Of a DNA stretch of 64,000 nt, positions 52,941 through 64,000 are shown in pieces. How positions within the stretch are numbered: the stretch's first letter is position 1; the number at the start of each line of letters is the position of its first letter. The notes beneath the pieces are model-generated. The model had not been told where the DNA came from. It did not search any database and saw only the letters and a list, made by a program, of their open reading frames with translations. Source of the stretch: Nageia nagi (Eukaryota; Plantae; Pinophyta); the NCBI GenBank assembly GCA_050084985.1, contig JBITNC010000002.1, positions 1,674,001-1,738,000 on the forward strand, given 5' to 3'. The translations under genes were made by a program, and so were the position numbers.

Positions 52941-54072
52941 AATCGAGCTAAGAGCATAACCTACTTCAAAAAAAATAATTCATTTTTTGAATATGTGAAT
53001 GAGAAATTTTATTTTTGAAACTTGATAGGATATTGTTCTAAAAAAAATTAATTGAAGTACTAAAAAAATAAGTACCTATTAATATTGAAGGGAAAATGTA
53101 ATTAAAATAACTTTTCAAATGAAAACTTTAGCCACCCTTCAATTTTTACCACGAGATGAAGCTATAAGATCGATATCAAGAAATCGCAACAATTCTTTAA
53201 TTGTTATAAAGATATTTATAATGTTCAATTAGAATATTATTTTATTTGTGTTTGAATTATAAAGTATATAATCACCATTTTAATAATAAAAAACTATCCT
53301 TTGTGTAGTTCCTTGCTATATTTACTTTTTCATCACCCTTTATCCCATATTACTTATTTATTTTTAATTATTTATTATTCATTATCATTCATAGTATTTG
53401 CTGATAATAAAGGGTAAATATATTATCAAAAAAGTGTGTATTTTACTAGGATACCAAAACCTATCAGAAGTTATCCATTATATCATATACCAAAAAGGAG
53501 CTATTGTGCTACCCAACTATTACCTAACAATAGCCAAAGAGTAGTTCCAACACAACATACATAGGCTCCTTCATATGATAAAAGCTAAATAAAGAACATA
53601 GAGCATATAATGCCTAATACCACACATATTGAGACTTTAACTAGACAAAAAAATAGAGTATAATACATATCAACAAAAAAGAAAATATTATATCACCATC
53701 CAATAAAAAGGATCACCACCCAACACTAAAATATCATCACTTCTTATTTTCCATACTTGGATTGACCTCAACTTTCTTCATAGAATGAGAAGATTCATTA
53801 GGCTTATAATATAACTTTATTTTCTTTTACATGGTTTAGGACCTTTGATTACCTTCTTCTTTGCAGGGACAACCACCTTCTGAATTATCACCTCAAGATC
53901 AATGTTCAAATGTAGTTTTCCTTCTTTTATCCATGCTACAATTTCCAACATCTAAGGGGCCATCTTCTCTAATGCCATATTAATCCCCAATTTCAACTTG
54001 GAAGAGGAGTCTCTTTTTTCGATTGATCTTTGATTTCTTTAACACCTATCATTTCCTTGGAGAGGCTTCATT

Positions 54073-54528
54073 TTATGGAATTTAAGGATTCCATATAACC
54101 AAGATCGCCTTGAAGTTTCTCCAACAAATCTAACTTTCAACTATCTAAGTAATCAAGAAACAATCATACAAAAGATAACACATCATGTATAGTGGTTCCT
54201 CCAAATCTTGGGAGTACATCCACTTTGAACCATCATTATATTACTTATCACAAGATAACTCTCCTACAAATTCTCAAGAATTCTTTTACAAACCTCCTAC
54301 AAGAGCATCTCTACAATACAAGCATTACCATGCTTCATCAAGTTACATAATAAGAGGGGTACCTCTTTATTTATAAGAAGAAACACACCCTTTAACCTTC
54401 TTTTTACCCAAGGGTAAGGTTAAAGATCTTTATATATTTATTCTCTTAATACTTTAAGGTATCTAAAGATACTTTAAGCATTAAGTGAATTTACATTAAA
54501 GAGAAATATTACATTATGATTTCCAACA
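54073..54528 (-). mobile_element. Solo LTR related to Copia family B
   Basis: Shares AGTGGTTCCTCCAA...GGAGTACATCCACT and the TTCCAACA end. TSD TCATT at 54068-54072 and 54529-54533. Confidence 0.8.
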
Positions 54529-56230
54529 TCATTATCAAAATAGGCTTCCTTTGGCTCAATCTCTTTATCAAGTTCTTCCACTGACTTAAATTTCTCTTTC
54601 TTAGGTTCGAGGATACCCTTCTCTTCTAACCTTACTTCTTTAGGTTTGTTAGCATCAACTATATTGGGTTTTTTCCTTACCAATCTTCATCTGCTCTTTC
54701 TCATCCCCTTTCTCTAATGCTACTTCATTAGCTAAAGTATATCTAAAGGGTCTATCCTCCTTTTGGATGTCAATGGGAGAAGGAACCTTATCCTCTTAGA
54801 TTTTTCTTTGAGGGTTTGTGTGTTATTGCTTTTTACCTTCTAAAATAGACTCCTCATTAACTTTTTGTACCATTTAGGAGGATCTTTCCTTCTAAGGAGG
54901 AGATTTTATCTTCATATTAGCACTAGCCATGCTAGAAGCCCTCATGATTCTCCTTTCTTACAAGTGGAATCCTTACAAAGTTTGTTTGTGGGGAACACCT
55001 TATCGAGATTGCTTCCAAATCCTTTGGATTGAGTTGCAATTACCTTACCTCTTTCCTTTATATGAACATTTTTGTTCACCCTTTCCACTTGGTTATCCTT
55101 AGCATTTTGTTCTTTCACCATCTAAACTTCCTTTTTAGGCAGATTAAGTTGAGTCTTATTGGAGGTTTGAGCCACAAATGGTCTATTCTCTATTTGAGCC
55201 ATAATTTTCATCCTAAACATAATTCCAATTAAAACTTGATGCTTAGGTTCTATGGCTTGATCTTCCCTAACCTTTTTGATCAAACATTTGACGGAATTTG
55301 CTAAAAAGTAAGGGAAATTGACCTTCTAGTCTCCATCATGCCAAAAATAATTCAAAAGGATGACGTGAGATTCAAATATGGTGGTAAAGTGACCCTCCAA
55401 GGTGCTAATTTCCTAGTTTTTTTTACTTAAATTTATTTTAATTAATATATTTGATAAACATGTTTTATCCAAATCCTTTTGAATTTATAGAGTGCTTTTC
55501 ATTTATTAGGGTTTTATCTTCAAGTAAATCCTATTGGATCACTGAAGATATATATAATGTTTATTCTATTACTTTTCATCCTTTTTATATTTCATTCTAG
55601 CAAGGAATCATCACCATGTTGCAGATTTATATGAATGTTATGTATTATCAACATTTCAAGAGATTGATAATAAAAGAGATGATTTTGAGGAATCTATGAA
55701 TACAAAGATAATTTTTTATATTCAAAAAGATATCACTCTTCACTATACCCATTACACTTGGATCTCTCTTATTACCCCTCCATCCCTCAAGAGAACATTC
55801 CCCATATCCAATATGGTTGGATAGTGAATCCTCAATATCTACAACAACCTATAACACATGGCATATAGATATGAATTGGGAAAGTTCAAGTGTGCTTCCA
55901 CTAGCTTCGTGTTGAGGTGGTATTGAGATAGATCATCATATACCAAGAGAGGAGTGGATATGTACATTTTGCTCCTTAGGGGAAGTAGGGAATTTGCATT
56001 ACTTCATTTTTCATTGTTAAATCTACTATGAGATTTGAGGAAAATTTCACTACCTCTTTAGGAGTGACTCATACTCTCTACCCATATTTTTTAGTTATGA
56101 AGACCAACAATATTTCCTCGAATTTTATATTAGATAGGAAACTAAGTTTCATCAACATAGGAACTCTCATCCAAGTGCCTCTCACCCCTATCAATATTGA
56201 CTTACCATAATCTACTTCACCAACTATGAT

Positions 56231-56613
56231 AGATCAAGGGATGATATAAATACTAGTTGAAAATGATAAGCACTAGATCATCTAGATATCAGTAGGATCA
56301 TTAGATAGCGAACTTGTAAATCTTTGGGACTCCATATCAATTACAAGAAAAGATAAATGAATAACTTCTAAAATAGTTATTCATCAACCTAGAATGTTAG
56401 AAGAGATTAAAATATACTTCACTAACTCTAATAGACTAAAGGGTGATACAAATACTGGTCAAAAATTATAAGCACTAGATAATCTATACATTAGCAGGAT
56501 CACTAGATAGCATACTTATAGATATTTGGAACTCCATATCAATGATAGATGAATATAAAGTAATAACTTCTTCAATAGTGATTCATTAGCCTCTAGTGTT
56601 AGGAGAGATTAAG
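56231..56613. repeat. Diverged two-copy tandem repeat, 202-bp period
   Basis: AAGCACTAGA at 56268 and 56470; GAGATTAA at 56403 and 56605. Confidence 0.8.
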
Positions 56614-56799
56614 AGAGAGTCCCTCTTATGAATGATTCTTCATCTTTACATAAAATGTTTGCATTCTTTGTATTTATTTTTATTTTTGTCTTTGGTTGGC
56701 AATTTTCTTCCCCCTACTTATAGTTTTTATTATTCTATTTTCTTATTCCCTTGAGTCACATTTGACCCACTATGGATATTAATAACATTTCATTTTTAT

Positions 56800-58605
56800 C
56801 TCAAAATATGGAGATGTGAGAATTTATATGGTATTACATGTGTACGAGAAATGATTGTAGTGAAGAAAGCTATCAAACTATCCAAATAAATTGAATTCTT
56901 AGGCATTCAATTAAAGCAAGAGATTATAAATAACACACTAATAAAACCTAATGTTATTTTGTGGACATGCTTGCTTGTTGCCCATAGAATTCATAATAAT
57001 CTAAAGTTTTTGAGACTTCTTAAATTCTTTCAAGTCACAAGTTAGAGGTTTTCCATTTGTTATTTTAATTATTTGGATTTAGTGATAGTTCTCATAAGCT
57101 TTAATATTTTAGTTGTAAGTCAGATGTTTTTTGGTTTGTTATTTTTAGCAAGTTTTGATTTGTAGATCTTGTGTAACCTAATAATTTGCTTTTTAAGCTC
57201 GTAGGTTACCCAAGGCATGGCTTCCATCGATGAAAGTTATTTTTCATATGTGTTGTAGTGTAAGTTATGATATTTTACCTCAACACATAGTATGTGATAT
57301 CAAAATCGTTTAACCATCATGACAACATATTGAATATGATTAATATTTCTACATAATAAATCAAATACTTTGAGCATAAATGTTAACTCTAATGACTTCC
57401 CTTAATAGGTATAAAAAAGGCTTTACTTGATAAGCATTGATATTGTTGAACAAAGTGCAACAAATAACAAGAGTGAAATAACCAAATCAATCCATATTTG
57501 ATAATATATTTGAGCATACACTCATTTGAAGATTTACAAAAAATTTATACATAAATCAAAATCTCTATAGAAGTGGGTTTCTAGCATATGTTGTGATGTT
57601 GAATGCCCTTATATACATGTATTGTAGGTATAGGAATACATAAAATCTATATAATGTTTAATAAATTACAATAGAGAGACACTTTATCATGAAGACCTCA
57701 TGCACATGCACCATCAAGAAGTAAACTAAACTAAAATAAATTGTAGCATGTTTATAATTAAATCAAAGACTTTTTAAACAAAGGATCTTTATCATTGGTT
57801 AAGATTATGAATGCTTGTATATATGTATGCAAATACTAAAGTGTAGAAAAGGTCTGTTAGGCAAAATGTAGCAAAAAATATGTGTAAATTATTAGACAAA
57901 ACACCTCGTCAATTTGTAATTTTATGAAATATAATAATCGCAAGATAGGTAAAAGGGTCCTTTGAAGGGTGCATATTCAGTAAAAATTCGTATAAAGAAA
58001 TAGATTCTCATGAAATTTATCATGTATTATGTTTTTTAATGCTTTGATAGACATGTATACTAAAGGCTACATAATAGGGGAGCATTGCCCCATAAATGAA
58101 ATGATCGCATGGTATGCATGAAATATATTTTCTATAAAGACACTAGATACTTTTAAGTAAATACAATTTTCATATGTAAATCCAAACTTTGTCAACTTTG
58201 CCAACATCTTCCTAGCATGCACCACCATGGGAGCTTTGTAAGAAGGAGTGTATTGGCTAAGTATCACTAGATATAAATAAGGATTGTATATTATCTGATA
58301 AAAAGGATACTAGATACATGATCTCATGGAATACAATGATCATGAGCTATGTATAGAATGAGCACAATTTTATGAGAAGCAATGAATGGAAGATACACAA
58401 TCCATGGTTACAACAAGAATAAATTCAAACTCTTTATTCTAATGAAATGCTTGAGAATCAATTCTAGCACCTTAAGCTTTTTATATTTTGTATTTACACG
58501 TATCCATGCTAGGTCTAGTGAATGAGCCATGCTCAATATTTAGATGACATAACTATGTGGAATGGTTTGCTTAGTACACATAGAATTCATAACAATAAGG
58601 AGGTT
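56800..58605 (+). pseudogene. Highly degenerate PLS-class pentatricopeptide repeat (PPR) gene relics
   Basis: IKPNVILWTCLLVAHRIHNNL (56941), SGFLAYVVMLNALIYMY (about 57570), NALIDMYTKG (about 58038), VNPNFVNFANIFLACTTMGAL*EG (about 58176), MISWNTMIMSYV (about 58318) and MWNGLLSTHRIHNNKE (about 58555). Confidence 0.75.
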
Positions 58606-61600
58606 TGAGATGAGATTTATTTAGCATACATAAAAACTACTTCTATTGATCCAAAGGAATATTTGTCATCAAAAATATTCCTAAAATATTCTCCTATTTT
58701 CTCTTTTATCTTCAACTAAAGAATGGAATGACCATCATCCTAAAATATAATGTGACACACCCAACTATAAGTTTGCTCCCATAAGTTATTGATACAAATC
58801 ATCACCTTCCACATATCTCTAGTCTTGAGGTGGAATATGAGAAACATTTCATTTTCACTTGTCTCATTTACTATGAAATATGTGGTAGACATTATTGCTT
58901 ATCTAGAGACACCCATAAAATAAAATCTTGAATCAATTATGAAGACCAGAGATGCATTTCCCTTTTCATCTAAGAAATATTCAATATCAAGAAAGTTCTA
59001 CTCAACAATAGTTCAAAGAAAAATGTTGTATTCAAACTCATCCCATTCTTATTCCAACCTCAAGTATGCTCCATTAAGAAGTGTCAGGGTTATCTCAGTG
59101 GTACAACAAGATCAGTTCATCATTGAATCCAACAAAGATCCTCTAGGAAAACACCAAACTCTTGGATCACTTACTTCTTTTTAGCCTTGAATATTAGGAG
59201 TAACCATTGATTTAAAAATCTCATACTATCATGGATTGCATTATTCATTTATTTTTATTACTTTAGTTTACTTTCTCTAGAGATGCATTAGGCACTCTCA
59301 TTACTTTGTATATATCTTACACTACAGTCCCATTGAACTTTTTGATCACAAGTGGATAAATTTTTATTTTCTATTTACAACAATTTAAGAATTTACGACA
59401 TCCAATTTATTGTTAACTCACATATCTACATCCAATTATGCATTGTAGTTGACCAAATAGTTAACTACCTACTTGTTAACTCTCCTCTAATCAATGCCTC
59501 CACTTCTTCACTATCCATTTTTTGATTCATCATCTTGCTCTTCCATTTCCCACACTAGCAATATTGCCAATTGTTCCATAATAAGAGATTTTATCAAAAA
59601 ATTATCAAATTGTATTTATGATATATTTGTATGGCTTATAATTTTAAAGTCATTATGCCTTTATATTAATGAATAGTGTTGTAATGGGAAAGTTAATTAT
59701 ACCACATGCATTGATGTAACAAGAATACTCCTCTCCTGCTAATATAAAAAGGAAGAAATGGGTAAAGATAATCTCTTAATATTTCCTCTTTCCTTTCATA
59801 TTTATGTTTATACTCTTCTCATAATCTATATGCATGCAATTTATTGCTTCTTTTATAATTTGAGCACCATTAGTGAAATTTTCCCTCCAATAGAAAAAAT
59901 AATTTGAGTGCAAAGCTTCATCTTCCTTTCTTCCAACATTGAGGTAATGTACTACTAATAGTAGTAGCAAGATGATTTGTGGTACCAATCAAACTTTGGA
60001 AAGGGAGTGATCATAAGCCTTATGGACACAAGCATATGGTCGAAGAGCCTTTCCTTCCACGATAAGGGGATTTTGCCTACATCTACCAAATGAAAGGGAT
60101 TTTGTGAGAAGGTTGATGATTTCAACTCCTTCAACTTATATAACAAGATTATTGGAGAAAGATCTTACTATAAAGGTGTCTTTGTTATGGATAATAAGGC
60201 TACTATAAGATATTTTGAAGGTTACAATAGTCATACTTTCTCTATGGTAGCTAGAAATGTTATTGAGAATGTCAACTTTTTGGGGAAGGTGAATGGAAGA
60301 TCCCAAGGTATATTATTATTATATATATGCTAAATTTATAGTGTATGATATAATTTTTCTATTATTAGGGTTAACTACCTAGAGTTTTTTTAAGTTTTTA
60401 TTTATTTGTTTATTTATTTATGTTAAGAAGAGTTTCCTCATTCATTCACATATCCATACAAATCTAGTTGGGGGAAGTAGGATGTGTTGTACCAGATACT
60501 TTGGTAGTGATTTATCAAGCCATTATAAATGTAGTCAATACCTTTTCTCTAAGATTGTATTTCTTACCTTCACAGCTTTGGACAAATTCCTATTACACAT
60601 ATCATACAAGTTAGAAGGAAAAGCTAAAATCATGAAATTTGTTTGATCCCTTGTTATGAGCTAATCATCTTCTCAATTTTTACCAAACTTGCACCAAATC
60701 CATCTCATGTCATAATTACGATAAAGGTCTTACACATTCTCAATCCTTTAAATTCACCTTGAAATTCTATGATATAGTAAAATATAATGATGATGGTCAA
60801 TTGAAAAGGATAGGTGTGCACCTTGATATCATCAAATCCTCCATTTAAAAATAAAAAATAATAATAAATATGTTATGTATTATTAATTTAAAATATTTAT
60901 TTTACTTTAATTATTCCATTAATTTTGTGTATTGTTATTTTATAGGTCTATATCAAATTACCTAGTTTATATGTTTTATCTTAGATTTCACATGTTTCTA
61001 GATTTGACTTGTATACACTCTTATGTGCAATTTATGTATGTGTTTTAGCATGGTTATTTTGTTTTTTATACAGAAATGGATCTTTTCTATAATAATTTTA
61101 TAACAATATAAGTTAAAATACATGGTTAGAGAATAAAATTTATATATATAAAGTTAAGAATCCAAAAATTTAAGCATTATTTAATATTACATAAAAGGAG
61201 AATACATAAGAATTTCATTACAAGAAGATCTATTACATTCATTACTAACTTTGTATCATTATATTATTGAAGAATCTTGTCATTATTGAATAATCACATC
61301 ATAGCATAAACCACTTATTTCTATGTTATGACTTATCTTTTCATGATTACTTATTACTATCAAATATTATCCATATAATGTATTGTTAAAATATTGTATT
61401 CACTAATTTATATTAACACTTCATTCCTTGATAAATTTATTTTTCTTGAGGCTTATCTTTAATGAACTCAAAGTGTAAGGATTTGTTTTTAAGAAGGTTG
61501 AAGTAAAGAAAACTAGACTTAATGTTATGATATCTCAATAATAAAATAATATCCAAATTATCTCAAAATTATATAATTAGTGAGAAATAAAAGCATAATA

Positions 61601-62127
61601 TCAACATATAATATCAATTAAAGAATAACTCACAATAATCGATCTAATAATATTAAATAATAAAAGTACAAATATTATAGCTCCCATAATTGTGAACCCT
61701 TAGGATATAAGATGCTCCTTTTGGAAGGAAGTCACTCCACAAAGTTACTTCATAAATCCAAATATTTCAATTGATTTCCTTGCTTTCTAATTGACATAAG
61801 TATGCACCTACCTATAGCCATTTGAGAGGAGGGGATGACCCATATCCTAATATGTTGATACATAATTATTAAATAACATAAAAATAATAATTGACTACAT
61901 AATATATTATGTGGTCAATGGAAGGAGGATTACCCATATTCTAATATGGACATACAATTTATTTTGGAGACCAAAATCCTCCCCATTAGGTATGTGTGAT
62001 TAAAAATAAATCATATAATAAATAAAATCAAATATCATAGAATGGAAATTTATGAAGTCTCATGTTGAAGTGGTGTTTGGGATTTTTTTCTTTCATTTTT
62101 GATATACCAACACTTTATACATATTTT

Positions 62128-62654
62128 TGAAGGAATTGAAGGATTCCTTGAACTCCACCCAAGATCACCTTGGATGTAATCTTCCTAATCTTAAGAACAC
62201 ATAGATCATTCACACAAAGAGAACTCAAGCGTGTATAGTGGTTCCTCTAACCTTGGGAGTACATCCACTTGAACCATCTAAATTCTTTTATCTCAATAAC
62301 TTGAGCTCTCTCTACAACTAAAAGTATATTCAAGCTTCCTACAAGATCAAGCTCTCCTCAAACTACAAGCATGAGAGTGCTTTCCACAAGTGTATTTTAC
62401 ATTGATCCCAAGCCCTCTTTTTATAAATTAAAAATTCCCTTTAGTTCACCCATTTACCCAAGAGGTAAGATCATGAGTTTTTCCAACCTTTTACCCAAGG
62501 GTTATGCTCATGAGCTTGAGTGTAGGATAAGTTTCCCCTTAGATAATTAAAAGATATTATTTTAAGTATTAAGTTATTTTACATAAGAGAATTATTATTC
62601 CTTATATATCATCTAAAGACTAACTTACACAATAATATATTATATGTTCTAACG
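62128..62654 (-). mobile_element. Solo LTR related to Copia family B
   Basis: Starts TGAAGGAATTGAA like 8972 and shares GGAGTACATCCACT and TTTTACCCAAGGG..ATGCTCATGA. TSD ATTTT at 62123-62127 and 62655-62659. Confidence 0.85.
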
Positions 62655-63044
62655 ATTTTTGTACAACAATGCTACACATAGATTTTTCATGCTAATGTAT
62701 GCAAAATAGATTTACAAGAGATTGAGAATGTAACCAAGTGACTTTATGATGACCTAATTATTTGACCTAGAATTACGCATTCATGTATAGAAGCATAACA
62801 TGCACAATGGTGTGTGGTAGTCAAAGAGTTACATGGTTGAATTAAAGAAGATAGAGTTTTCAGAGTCATTCTTGAAGATATTTGGGAAGTTTGAAGGTCA
62901 TTTAGTTTAATAGACACTAGTTTTGAAAAATATACTTACTTTGTTAATTGTTGGGGGTTGTTGAAGGAATTATTATTAAATGATTTATTATTGGAAATTG
63001 TAGAATCCATAAAGAGTGGATTTGGTTTTACAAGAGAGGAGCAT

Positions 63045-64000
63045 TGTTAGGAACCTAATAAAACTAAAAAGGATTTTTATCTAAAATAGCAATAAAATAC
63101 AAACAATATTGAACAACTAATAGATTCATAAAGCAATAGAACATAGAAATGGAACAATACACTCAAATTGATATCAAGATAACAAAAAAAATAACTTTAA
63201 TAATATAAATATGAATCATGGGCTGCTTTAAGGGGGCTTCCTTCTTACAACTCAAATACAAATGAATTTCTTAGATGATCTTTTTACACCTCTTACAAAT
63301 ATTATATACTTCCTACCCTAACCCTAATTGGCAACTTAATTCAAATGATAATTTGCCTTACAAAAATATGATGATTTACATCACAAGTTAGTACAAGTTG
63401 ATAATTAAAAAACTACTAACATAATTAGACCTAATTAAATGTTAGCATGTGGGATCCTAACATGCCACCCCTCTTGGAAAATAGCTTTATCCACAAAGCT
63501 AAAATTTTGAAAACTCTTATTGAAGCTAATTCACAACTTCCCAAGATGCATCCTTAGGTGCTAAGCCATGTGACTAAATAAAAGCATCGATGATGGTGTG
63601 ATTACATAGATGAAGGGCATGCTATTCCAAAATTACTTTTAGTTCAATTTTAATGGAGCTATCATCTGTGAAGTTTGGTAATTATGTTTTTGTTTTTAAC
63701 ATGGGATTCGTATACCTTTATTAAATATGAAACATGGAATACTATATGGACCTTAGAGTACATCGATAACTCAACTTATATGCAGCATGCCCAATATGTT
63801 GGAGGATTTTGTAAGGTCCATGAAACTTTAGAGCTAATTTTTGAGGTCCCTTAATCTTCAAAGAGTTATATAAATAGGTTTGGAGCCTTAGGAAAACCAT
63901 ATCCCCTTCTTCAAACTCATGTTAAATCTTGTGTTGGTCAACTTGTCATTTCATGCGATGTTGAGTTGTTTGCAAATTTTCCTAAAGATCAATATGAAGG
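63045..64000 (-). mobile_element. 3' end of a Gypsy chromovirus: LTR 63045-63462, PPT, chromodomain/integrase tail running off the window
   Basis: The LTR ends ATGTGGGATCCTAACA like 29763-30119 and a purine tract is adjacent. FHGPYKILQHIGHAAYKL, VFHVSYL and a KDASWE-type chromodomain fragment read on the minus strand. Confidence 0.8.

Overview
AT-rich, repeat-dominated plant nuclear DNA, probably from a gymnosperm (inferred from the retroelement and PPR sequence style). The only host gene is an intronless, non-RD G-type lectin S-domain receptor-like kinase on the minus strand (34487-36954). It is split by a single missing base in a homopolymer at 36171-36174. A deleted tandem paralog (pseudogene) lies at about 1283-2284, and a badly decayed PLS-type PPR relic at about 56800-58600. 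Most of the rest is a transposon nest whose ends can be read from LTR termini, PBS/PPT and target-site duplications (TSDs). A chromovirus Gypsy (6821-32092) contains a Copia (8972-26452), which contains a younger long-LTR Copia (10066-15687). There is also another Copia (about 38300-42760), three solo LTRs with TSDs, a mini LTR element, and two copies of a non-autonomous TIR transposon with GGG...CCC ends and 4-bp TSDs (Sola2-like), both inserted into LTRs of one family. The segment 15688-18841 is an indel-ridden copy of 6465-10065 that crosses the empty insertion site of the young Copia; it is most likely an assembly/haplotype artefact. No RNA genes or CRISPR arrays were found.
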